Origin: an uncultured Calditrichaceae bacterium
GTDB lineage: Bacteria; Calditrichota; Calditrichia; Calditrichales; Calditrichaceae
Assembly (NCBI GenBank): GCA_964536685.1
Contig: CAZIBE010000001.1
Coordinates: 62,310-126,309, forward strand
Direction of reading: 5' to 3'
Length of the DNA stretch: 64,000 nt
The position numbers were made by a program, and so were the translations under genes. A model generated the notes under the pieces. It saw nothing but the letters and a program-made list of their open reading frames with translations, made no database searches and was not told the origin of the DNA. Position 1 is the stretch's first letter. The number at the start of each line of letters is the position of its first letter. Shown in pieces: positions 19,001-27,800 of this stretch.

Positions 19001-19464
19001 CCGGTAGCCAAATTAAAAGGTCTAAGAGATTCCTCCACGGCGTGTTGGTGCATCAGGGCCTCGCGCCGCTCTGCCGGCGTATTTTCCAAGTTGATAACGG
19101 AAATGCTCAAAGTAAGCCGCTCAGCGACTATTTGCAGCGCTTCGCCGTTTTCTTCGGTAAAGGTGGTGCGCAGCACCTCGTGCCGCTCGATGATTTTATT
19201 GAAGCTCTTTTCCAGCGCCGCAATATCCAGCGTGCCGTTTAAGCGCAGCACAGCGGGAATGTTGTACAGCGGGCTGCCGGGTTCCAATTTATCTAAAAAC
19301 CACAAACGCTGCTGCGAAAAAGACAGCGGAAATTTATTGTTCTCCCGTGACTGGGGTACGATTAAAACCTGCGACAGATCGACGCCTTGCTCCAAAAGCA
19401 TCATTTCCAACAGTTCGCGCTTTTCCGGCGGCAAGCTGGCGATTTGTTCGTAAATACTACTCAT
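16084..19464 (-). CDS. Non-ribosomal peptide synthetase, single module C-A-T
   Basis: ORF track, 1126 aa. C: LSFSQQRLWFLDKLEPGSPLYN, HHIVSDNWS. A: YTSGSTGQPKGV, NAYGPTEATIT, YKTGD, GRIDFQVKIRGFRIELGEIE, SGKINRHALP. T: FFDLGGHSM. Acidic C-terminal tail ...LDELEGLSEEDIQNLLKDEEE. Hand-extracted specificity residues: DAENIGAITK. Confidence 0.95.
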   Translation of the reverse strand: MSSIYEQIASLPPEKRELLEMMLLEQGVDLSQVLIVPQSRENNKFPLSFSQQRLWFLDKLEPGSPLYNIPAVLRLNGTLDIAALEKSFNKIIERHEVLRTTFTEENGEALQIVAERLTLSISVINLENTPAERREALMHQHAVEESLRPFNLATGPLLRVTLLKFSNNDHVLIVTMHHIVSDNWSTGIFVHEIMQMYSAYVQGRQPQLPKLAVQYADFAAWQRKWFKGKTMDDQVNYWKEQLKGIPPLIDLPLDKQRPAYQTYNGNFKTFHISGEISARLKEISRQQDVTFFMTLLAAYFVLLHRYSGQDDICVGSPIAGRNRKETETMIGFFVNTLVLRGQLHGNPAFSDFLQRVKETTLGAYAHQDLPFENLVEELQPERDMSHSPLFQVMFVLNNAPVDKLELPGMELSVVEIENKTSKFDLILNVLEEDNGLKCKIEYNTDLFVDETIEQFVKHYQNLLEAVAENPQTPIGQLSILKQTEIDALLEQWSRPGKIYNDRRSIVEMFARQAKTTPQALALRVLDAQLTYRELDEQSARLARYLLKKGLKRGQIAGVFADRSPQVIVAFLAALKAGGVYLPLDPSYPKERLEYMLNDSQAAFMLTLSHLKDILPADGRQTIIIDEEQENIAQEAADNPQVTLAAQDTAYIIYTSGSTGQPKGVEITHFALANHSLDMADYYQLTPDDNVLQFAALNFDASIEQIVPPLISGATVCMRDNEIWDSHQLSQKIREYDLTVINPPTAYWAQIVEAWVENPQLIPENRLRLVIVGGDVLHTETLEKWFQTPLKNVRLINAYGPTEATITATTYDIPANFKRWRVPIGRPRANRSVYILDKYGNPAPPLIPGELHIGGNLLAKGYLNRPELTQERFIGNPLFEGSSERLYKTGDRVRFLSDGNLNFMGRIDFQVKIRGFRIELGEIENILLRMPPIKDAVVKAFDTEHRDKVLVAYITSPNKEAPDAQSIRSFLEEHLPDYMIPAVFVPLDEMPMDPSGKINRHALPAPDLSTAQVSTEYVAPRTQSEEFLVDIVKEILHIDRVGIRDSFFDLGGHSMMATQVVSRIREEFDVEISLRTLFEHPTVEGISQAITEAQAAHVDEGELNELLDELEGLSEEDIQNLLKDEEE

Positions 19465-19500
19465 TTATTTCCTTCTTTTGCTGCAATGTTTAAGTTTTAA

Positions 19501-19668
19501 ATTAAGAATTAAGAATTAAGAATTGAGAATTCAATTAAAAACACGCTTTTTATCCATTAAATATTGTGCAAGTTTTACCATCCGTATAGCAAAAGCGTAA
19601 CTCTTTTGCTGAATGAGATTATTATCTTTCATTTTATCATAATTCTTAATTCATAATTCTTAATTATT
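19501..19668. repeat. Inverted arrays of a 7-nt tandem repeat (AAGAATT)n / (AATTCTT)n flanking a ~110-nt spacer between PKS and NRPS genes
   Basis: Left array 19501-19531: ATTAAGA ATTAAGA ATTAAGA ATTGAGA ATT. Right array 19641-19668: AATTCTT AATTCAT AATTCTT AATTATT. The right array overlaps the TAA stop (19660-19662) of the upstream PKS gene. The arrays are reverse complements and could form a long AU-rich stem on the transcript. Confidence 0.7.
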
Positions 19669-22600
19669 TTTCTTCTTTTGTTTTAGAATTTCTTTTGCTT
19701 CATCCTCCGAAAGATTTTCCATTTGCTGCAGAAGATCGGCCACTTTGGTCATATCGCTGTCTTTTTCCTCCTGACGATGGGTTTCGATTATTCTAGCCAC
19801 GCCCGAGATGGTCGGGTCTTCGAACAAGCTGCGCAGAGGCAGCTCAACCTGAAAGGCGTCGCGCAATTCGGAAATGAGCTGTGTGCCCATCAGCGAGTTG
19901 CCGCCTAAATCGAAAAAGTCGTCATAAATGCCGATTTCTGAAATCCCTAACAATTTTTGCCAGGCGGCGGCAACCTCTTTTTGCAGATCGCTCTCCGGAG
20001 CCACATAGGGATTGGGAAGTTCCGGCCGGTCATGGAATTCGCCCGCCGCCGCGCCGCCTTCGCTTGCCTGTTCTGAATCCAGTTTCAGCCATTTATCTAT
20101 GCGGGCCTGTAAATCACCGGTGGAAACGATGATTTGCTGTAAATCGCGATAACTGAAAATACGCTCAAAAGCGGCGATGCCTTCATCGGGCAGGATGGAA
20201 AGCTGAGCGATTTCCGCGCCCAGACCCGAAGCGGAAGCGTTTTCCTCAAAATTCCAGCCGTCCCAGTTTACATCAATCCACTGCGCCCGGTTCTTTTTGT
20301 TTTGCTGATGGGCTAAGGCGTCCAATACGGTATTAGCCGCGGCGTACGCGCCAAATCCCAATCCGCCTAAAATGGAGGACATGGATGATTGCAACAGCAC
20401 AAAATCCGCCTCGATGTCATCTAAAATTTCGGCGATGTGCAGCGCGCCGTACACTTTGGCTGCAAACTGACTTTGCCAGTCCTCTTCTTTGATTTCCGGA
20501 ATGGCTTTAAAGGCGTGCGCACCCACCACGCCGGCGGCATGGATTACTCCGTCGACGCCGCCGAAACTATTTACAATCTCCTTAAACGCCGTTTGCAGCG
20601 TTTCTTTATCGCTTACGTCTGCTTGCAGTACTAATACGTCCGCGCCGGCATGAATCATATTTTGCAGGCGTTTGATCTTGATGCTGGTCAAATCGTCCGC
20701 GCCGTGTTCGTTAAGCCATCCTTCCCATTGTCCTTTGGCCGGAAATTCATACGGCTCAATCAGCGCCAGGCGGGCTTTGACGGTTAACGCCAGATGATGG
20801 GCCAGCTTCAGTCCGATACGCCCCAAACCGCCGGTGATCACATACACGCCCTTTTCTTTTAGGTAACCGCCGGTCTGATGGCTTTCTCTCAGGGGCAGCG
20901 CTTCAAAGGTTTGCACCCAGCGCTGTTTACCGCGGTAGGCTATGGCCAGATGACGTTCTTCGTCGCTAAATTCGCGTAAAATGCGTCCGGCTAAATTTTC
21001 AAGCTCGTCGCCCATGCGCTGAGGCAGGGCCACATCGATATCTTTACAGATGATGTTGGGAAATTCCTGCGGAATTACTTTGCTTAGCCCGCGAATAGTG
21101 GCTAAGGCCGGCTCGATGCGTTCGAAACCGTTGATGTTAAACATATCGTTGGAGACGATGCCGATTTGTATGTGCTGTGTGATATTTTCGGCGGCAAAGG
21201 CCTGCACCAAATATAACAGACTCAAATAAGCGCTCTCTAACGCCTTGTTAAACGGGATAGTTATATTGCGCACCGAAACATTGGCCAGGTGCACAACAAA
21301 ATCCGGCAGTTGTTCCGTTTCTTTTAAGTTGTGAATTACCTGCAGGTAATCTTCCGGAGCGCTGATGCGGATAGCGTAGTGCAAATCATCTTTTTTAGCA
21401 AAGGCCGAACTCTGTTCCAATACAATCACCTGTTGATTATGCTCCTTCAGCAATTCGGTTAGCTGCATGGCCAGCCCGGTTTGATCTTTAAGCACCAGCC
21501 AGGTTTTGCGTTCACTTAGAACGCTTTTAGGGCCAAGCGGCAGTTGGCGCTGTTTCCATGATGGCGTGTAAAACCATTGGGCCAAATCGCTGCGTTTGCC
21601 GATGGCTTCTTGTGTACCGCCTGCGCCGCCGGCCGATAAGGCTTTGCCTTTATGCAGCCAGTAACGCTGCCGCTCAAAGGGATACGTAGGCAGGGGAACG
21701 CGTAAACGCCGTTCTTCGCCGTAATAGTTGTCCCAGTTGATTTCGGCGCCGGCCATCCACAATCGGCCCAAGGTTTTCAAGATAAAAGCTTCGTCTCCGC
21801 TCTCGTCGTTAGGATGGCGCATGGAAGAAAGGATGATTCTGCCCAGCGAATTGGAGGGATGCCGGCGCGCTAAAGTGGTGAGCACTGTGCCCGGGCCTAC
21901 TTCTAACAGCACCGCCTCGGCGTCTTGCAGAAGCTCGTAAACATTATCGGTAAAACGCACACCGTTGCGCAGGTGGCGGGCGTAGTATTCCGGCGAAACA
22001 GCCTCTTCGTCGGTAATCCATGTGCCGCTGGTGTTGGACAAATAGGGCGTCTGCGGTTTATTTAAGGGAACGGCGGCCACGACAGCGGTGAATTCTTCGA
22101 TAATGGGATCCATCATTGAAGAATGAAAGGCGTGCGAAGTGTGCAGCCGGCGGCACTGGATGTTTTTTTTCGCTAATTCTTTTTCCAATTGTTCGATGGC
22201 TTCGAAGGCGCCGGAAACAACAGTAACGCCGGCGCTGTTTAAGGCGCCGATGGTGACCCCATCGCTTAAGTAGGGGTGAATGCTGTTTTCATCCAACTGT
22301 ACGCTGAGCATGGCTCCCGGCGGCATGGATTGCATCAGACGACCGCGGGCCGCGACGATTTTAAGGGCGTCTTTCAGGGAAAACACGCCGGCCAGATGCG
22401 CCGCCACATATTCGCCGATGCTGTGGCCGACCATAGCTGCCGGCTCCACGCCCCAGTGGATCCATAATTTAGCCAAAGCGTACTCGATAACGAACAGGGC
22501 CGGTTGGGTACATTCGGTCTGATTCAGCTTTTTAGCGGCTGCTTCTTCTTCTCCGACAGGCGGATAAATCAGCGCTTGCAAATCCAACTGCGCTTCTTCT

Positions 22601-24312
22601 TTTAAAATAGTAAAGCAGCGTTCCATTTCTTCGCGGAACACGGGTTCGTTGTCGAATAATTCCCGTCCCATATTTACATATTGCGAACCCTGTCCGCTGA
22701 ACATGAAAGCTACCGGCGGCTGGTTAGGATCTTTTTGATGACTGACGGTCAGAATGTGTTTGGGATCGCCTTCGCTAAAGGCGCGCGCTGCTTCGGCAAC
22801 AGAATCGGTTACCAAAATCCGGCGGTGATTAAAGGATTTGCGTCCCACTTGCAGCGTGTAAGCCACATCGGCCAGATTAGCCTCGGGATGTGTTTTTAAA
22901 AATTGTCCCAGATTAGCGGTTTGTTGCTCCAAGGCGTCGGCGCTTTTAGCGGAAATCATCAGTACTTGCGCGGGCCGGGCGGCATCGCCGGGGCTTTGCT
23001 GAGGGGCTTCTTCCAGAATGGCGTGCACATTGGTGCCGCCGATGCCGAAGGAACTGATGCCGGCGCGCCGCAGCGCGCCCTTGACGGGCTGCCAGTCGCG
23101 CAGCTCCGTATTTACAAAGAAGGGACTATTGGTAAAATCAATTTTAGGATTCGGTTTTTCGAAATTGATGCTGGGCGGAATCTGTTTGTGTTGCAGAGCA
23201 AGCGCTGTTTTAATCACGCCGGCCACACCCGCTGCAGCATCCAAATGGCCGATGTTCGTTTTAACCGAACCAACGGCGCAGAACTGTTTTTGTTCGGTGT
23301 GTTCACGGAAAACCTGTGTGAGCGCAGTGATCTCGATGGGGTCGCCTAAAACCGTACCCGTGCCGTGGGTTTCGATATAGCTGATGGTTTCGGGATCGAC
23401 GCCGGCCACGGCCTGTGCATTGGCGATCACTTCAGACTGTCCGTCCACCGAGGGCGCAGTGTAGCCGACACGGTTAGCGCCGTCGTTATTGAAGGCCGAA
23501 CCTTTAATGACGGCGTAAATAAAATCGCCGTTTTCTAAGGCCTCGTCTAAGCGTTTCAGGGCCACCATGCCCACGCCGCTGCCGCTGATGGTGCCGCTGG
23601 CTTTGTGGTCAAAGGCCCGGCAATGACCGTCTTTAGAAAGGATCATGCCTTCCTGATAGTAGTAGCCCTGCTTTTGCGGAATGGTGATGGACACGCCGCC
23701 GGCCAGAGCCATATCGCAGTTGTAATTCAGTAAATTTTGGCAGGCCAGATGAACCGCCACCAGCGAGGTGGAGCAGGCCGTCTGCACATCCACGCTGGGC
23801 CCGGTAAGATTTAATTTGTAGGATACGCGCGTGGTTAAAAAATCCTTATCGTTGCCGATGGAAAGCTGATAGCCTTCGGCGGAACTGATGAAGCCTTTCT
23901 GCGACATTAAATAGGAGTACAGATAGGTATTGAGGCTCACACCGCCGAACAGACCGATCAGTCCGTCGTAATTGTCGGCATGGTAGCCGGCATTTTCCAG
24001 CGCAGTCCAGGCCGTCTCCAAAAAGAGGCGGTGCTGCGGATCCATCATCTCCACTTCGCGCGGGAAGAAATCAAAAAAGCGCGCGTCGAATTTATCTTCA
24101 TCCTTAATAATAGCGCGTGATTTTACGTAGTTGGGATCTTTTACCAGCGCGGGATCGACCCCGGCTTCAATCAGCTCTTCATCGGTAAAAAAAGTTACCG
24201 CTTCCACTCCGTTTTTCAGCAATTCCCAAAATTCTTCGATATTTTCGGCGCCGGGAAATCTTCCGGCCAAACCGATGATGGCAATATCCAATCCTTCATT
24301 TGTGTCGCTCAT
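19660..24312 (-). CDS. Type I polyketide synthase module KS-AT-KR-ACP
   Basis: ORF track, 1550 aa. KS: DIAIIGLAGRFPG, QTACSTSLV, ETHGTGTVLGDP, KTNIGHLDAAAG. AT: FMFSGQGSQY, GHSIGEY, SHAFHS (malonyl-type HAFH). KR: YVITGGLGRIGL, GAYAAANTVLD, with no LDD motif after HAAGV. Carrier: FFDLGGNSLMGTQL. AGGAG lies 8 nt upstream of the ATG. Confidence 0.95.
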   Translation of the reverse strand: MSDTNEGLDIAIIGLAGRFPGAENIEEFWELLKNGVEAVTFFTDEELIEAGVDPALVKDPNYVKSRAIIKDEDKFDARFFDFFPREVEMMDPQHRLFLETAWTALENAGYHADNYDGLIGLFGGVSLNTYLYSYLMSQKGFISSAEGYQLSIGNDKDFLTTRVSYKLNLTGPSVDVQTACSTSLVAVHLACQNLLNYNCDMALAGGVSITIPQKQGYYYQEGMILSKDGHCRAFDHKASGTISGSGVGMVALKRLDEALENGDFIYAVIKGSAFNNDGANRVGYTAPSVDGQSEVIANAQAVAGVDPETISYIETHGTGTVLGDPIEITALTQVFREHTEQKQFCAVGSVKTNIGHLDAAAGVAGVIKTALALQHKQIPPSINFEKPNPKIDFTNSPFFVNTELRDWQPVKGALRRAGISSFGIGGTNVHAILEEAPQQSPGDAARPAQVLMISAKSADALEQQTANLGQFLKTHPEANLADVAYTLQVGRKSFNHRRILVTDSVAEAARAFSEGDPKHILTVSHQKDPNQPPVAFMFSGQGSQYVNMGRELFDNEPVFREEMERCFTILKEEAQLDLQALIYPPVGEEEAAAKKLNQTECTQPALFVIEYALAKLWIHWGVEPAAMVGHSIGEYVAAHLAGVFSLKDALKIVAARGRLMQSMPPGAMLSVQLDENSIHPYLSDGVTIGALNSAGVTVVSGAFEAIEQLEKELAKKNIQCRRLHTSHAFHSSMMDPIIEEFTAVVAAVPLNKPQTPYLSNTSGTWITDEEAVSPEYYARHLRNGVRFTDNVYELLQDAEAVLLEVGPGTVLTTLARRHPSNSLGRIILSSMRHPNDESGDEAFILKTLGRLWMAGAEINWDNYYGEERRLRVPLPTYPFERQRYWLHKGKALSAGGAGGTQEAIGKRSDLAQWFYTPSWKQRQLPLGPKSVLSERKTWLVLKDQTGLAMQLTELLKEHNQQVIVLEQSSAFAKKDDLHYAIRISAPEDYLQVIHNLKETEQLPDFVVHLANVSVRNITIPFNKALESAYLSLLYLVQAFAAENITQHIQIGIVSNDMFNINGFERIEPALATIRGLSKVIPQEFPNIICKDIDVALPQRMGDELENLAGRILREFSDEERHLAIAYRGKQRWVQTFEALPLRESHQTGGYLKEKGVYVITGGLGRIGLKLAHHLALTVKARLALIEPYEFPAKGQWEGWLNEHGADDLTSIKIKRLQNMIHAGADVLVLQADVSDKETLQTAFKEIVNSFGGVDGVIHAAGVVGAHAFKAIPEIKEEDWQSQFAAKVYGALHIAEILDDIEADFVLLQSSMSSILGGLGFGAYAAANTVLDALAHQQNKKNRAQWIDVNWDGWNFEENASASGLGAEIAQLSILPDEGIAAFERIFSYRDLQQIIVSTGDLQARIDKWLKLDSEQASEGGAAAGEFHDRPELPNPYVAPESDLQKEVAAAWQKLLGISEIGIYDDFFDLGGNSLMGTQLISELRDAFQVELPLRSLFEDPTISGVARIIETHRQEEKDSDMTKVADLLQQMENLSEDEAKEILKQKKKNN

Positions 24313-24814
24313 CCAACTTCTCCTGTTACCTCTGTCCTGGTCTACTTTTTATGTCAAAAATGGGCATATCCGAAGCGGCTGCCCAAAATATTCATCAGTG
24401 AATCTAATAATTTTTGAATTACAATTGTAATTTTCTCTAAAAATGAATTTACGATAAAACTAAAAAAAATGCTCCTTTTCTATTTACAGAAACCGTTGGC
24501 AACAGTTTCATAATCATGTCAATTTTTTAGTAGCCCTTAATGTAACCCGTGGGCGAAAATGCGTAATAAATGTATCAAAAACGTTTTAACGTTTTGAAAC
24601 GCCTTATTAAAGTGAACTCAAAAATTATGGAATTGTCTTTTATTGTCAATCTGCTGACGGTCACATGCCTTCGGCCGGAACTCTGGATGCCCCCTTTCAA
24701 TTTTCTTCTTAACAAAAGGGGCTGCCGAATACGGCGAAAACATCCAATTTAGAGCCAACTTCTCAAAATGTCGTTTTATCAACCAGCTAAGAATTTACCT
24801 AAACAAAACATCTT

Positions 24815-27800
24815 TCAGCGTTTCCTCCTGCGCTGCATGCGCTGCTGCTGAATTTTAGTCGCTTCGCGCTGGCGTGTGGCCCGCGTTTGCGATTTTTGAA
24901 TGGTCTCTTTCGTGCTGGATTCATCGCCTAAAAATTTAGCCAGCGAGCGAATGGTAGGATATTTGAACATATCCACCACGTTCAAATCTTTGTCAAATAC
25001 TTCTTTGATTTTGCCCTGTACCTGCACGATGCCCAGCGAATGGCCGCCCAATTCAAAAAAACTGTCGTTCACGCCGAACTGATCGGTGCCTAAAATACCC
25101 TTCCAGATTTCCGCAATCTTTTGTTCGATTTCGCTGCCCGGTTTGACCAGCTTACGGGCGGTTTGCTGTGCGTCGGGATCGGGTAGTTTTTTGCGATCGA
25201 GCTTGCCGTTTTGCGTTAATGGCAGCGCCGCCATTTTCACAAAGGCAGTGGGAATCATGTAATCGGGCAAATGTTGCAACAGACAGTTTTTAAGTTCCCC
25301 GATATTCAGCGATGTATCGTTTTCATTCACAAGATAGGCGATCAGGCGGATTTCGCCGGCGATGTGGCGGGCGTCCACCGCTGCTTCGCGAATGCCGGGA
25401 CAGGTGTGCAGCGCCGCTTCGATTTCTCCCAACTCGATGCGGAAACCGCGGATTTTAACCTGCTGATCCACGCGATCCAAAAATTCCAGATTACCGTCCG
25501 GCAGAAAACGCACCAGGTCGCCGGTGCGGTACATACGCGCGCCTTGTTCATCTCCGTAGGGATCGGGCAGGAAACGTTCGGCGGTTAATTCCGGCCGATT
25601 GTAATAGCCGCGCGCCAAACCTTCGCCGCAAATGTACATCTCGCCGGGAACGCCGACGGGCACGGGATTCAACTGCCCATCCAAAACATAGATGCGGGCG
25701 TTTTTAACCGGTTTACCGATGGGTACGATGTGCAGGTCAAAATCATCCGGCGCTTCAAAGGAAGTGGTACAGATGGTGGCTTCGGTGGGGCCGTAGCCGT
25801 TGATGAAATAGCGGCCTTTACTCCAGCGGCGGGCGATCTCCGGCGTGCATTTTTCGCCCGCAGAAACCACCGATTGCAGCGAAGAGAAGTCTTCCGGCTG
25901 CAAAACACTCAACACCGAAGGCGGCAGCGTGATGTTGGTGATTTGCCGCTGTTTAAGCAGCGTTTTCAAATCCGGTAAAGAGAGCAGTGTTTCTTTTTTA
26001 ACTAACACCAGCGTCGCTCCGGCGCTGAGCGTACTGAAAATTTCTTCCACCGAAGCGTCAAAGCTGAAAGAAGCAAACTGCAGCGTGCGGGAATCCGCTT
26101 GCATATAATAATTTTCACGCGTGGAATAGAGCGCGTTAACCAACCCTCTGTGGCGTAGCATGGCGCCTTTGGGTTTGCCGGTGGAGCCGGATGTGTAAAT
26201 CAAATAGGCCAGATTGTCCGCAGATACCGCTGTTTGCGGGTTGCCGTCATCCGACTGAAAGATATCGCCGGCGTCATCCAACAGAATGAGCTGTCGTCCT
26301 TCGTCGTGCACCTTGTTAACCAAATCGCCGGTAGTTATGATAAATTTCAGTTCGGCGTCATGAATCATATAGCGAATGCGCTCCGGCGGGTAAGTGGGAT
26401 CAATGGGCAAGTAGGCTCCGCCGGCTTTTAGCACGGCCAGCATGGCAACGACCATTTCGATGGAGCGGTCCACAGAAATGCCCACGATGGTTTCCACCTT
26501 AACGCCTAATTTTATCAGATGGCGCGCCAATTGATTAGCGCGGCGGTTAAGCTGATCATAACTCAACTGCTGTTCTTCGAAAATCAGGGCGGTTTTCTGC
26601 GGCTGTTGCGCGGCATGCTCTTCAATTATCCGGTGAATGCATTTTATTTCCGCAAAGGCTTCCGGATGTTGGTTCCATTCATGCAGCACGAGCCTGCGTT
26701 CTTCGTCGGGAAGAAACTCCAGCAAGCCCAGCGGTTTTTGCGGATTTTTTAGGATCGATTCTAACAGGGTGATGTAATGCGTCAGCATTCGCTGAACGGT
26801 GGAGGCGTCGAACAGATCGATGTTGTAGCCTAGCGATGCGGCCAGTCCGCTGCCGGATTCTACGGCCATCATGGTTAGGTCAAAAGGCGCCACGCCCTGT
26901 TCCAGGGTCATGGATTCGATGGTTAAACCGCCCAAATCCATGGTAGCCCCTTCGCGGCTGAGGGCGAATTTGGACAACCCCTGATCGTGCATCAGATGTG
27001 CGCGTTCCAAAATAAACATGGTCTGGAAAAGCGGGGTGCGGCTGGTGTCTCGTTCGGGCTGTAATTTTTCAACCATCAGCGCTAACGGATAATCCATGTG
27101 GTCAAAGGCTTCTAACACGGTTTGCTGAACCTGATTCAGAAAATCATTGAACGTTTGGCCGGCGTTTAATTGGGTGCGGAAAGGCACTGGATTTACAAAA
27201 TAGCCGATGGTACGTTCAAATTCGCGTTTACTGCGTCCGGCAGTAGGCGAGCCCACAACGATATCATTCTGACCGGTGTAGCGGTTCAGCAGGATGTAGT
27301 AAGCCGTTAACAGGACCGTAAATACCGTTATCCCTTGTTGTTCGCTAAACCGATGAATTTGCTGCGATAATTCAGCCGGGAACCAGATAGTTTCGGTGCT
27401 GCCCTTAAAAGTTTGCACCGCAGGCCGCGGCCGGTCAGTGGGAATGTTCAGTAAGGGCAGGTCGCCGTGCAGCTTTTTCTTCCAGTAACTAAACAGTTTC
27501 TGTTCGCTCTCGCCGCTAAGCAACCGGTCCTGCCAGCGGATAAAATCGGTGTAATCGTGAACTACAGGCGACAGCGTTGTGGTAACGCCGCCGTTGGCAA
27601 AGATCTGGCTCAGCTCGTCTAGCAAGACGGCCTGCGACCAAATATCGGTAATGATGTGGTGCATGACGAACAACAACACATGGTCGTGCGCTCCTTTCTG
27701 GAACAGAAATACACGCAGCAGCGGGCCATTTTCGAGATCAAAGTGATTGAGCACTTCTTCATCCAACCGGCTGTGCAGTTGCTCTTCGCTCCATGAGCGG

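Noticed and set aside
18433-19453. Plus-strand ORFs of 163, 189 and 103 aa antisense to the C-A-T NRPS gene
   Set aside because: They lie entirely inside a motif-rich minus-strand NRPS frame. Their translations are low-complexity (R/G/S/C-rich) with no recognisable motif. These are typical shadow ORFs. The same applies to the other plus-strand ORFs between 632 and 43935.
19501-19668. Considered a CRISPR array or transposon ends for the heptad repeats
   Set aside because: The units are only 7 nt, are directly tandem without spacers, and no cas or transposase gene is present.
22903-23380. Plus-strand ORFs of 148 and 120 aa antisense to the KS domain
   Set aside because: Shadow frames of a well-supported KS (CSTS/HGTG/GH motifs on the opposite strand), with no start-site support.
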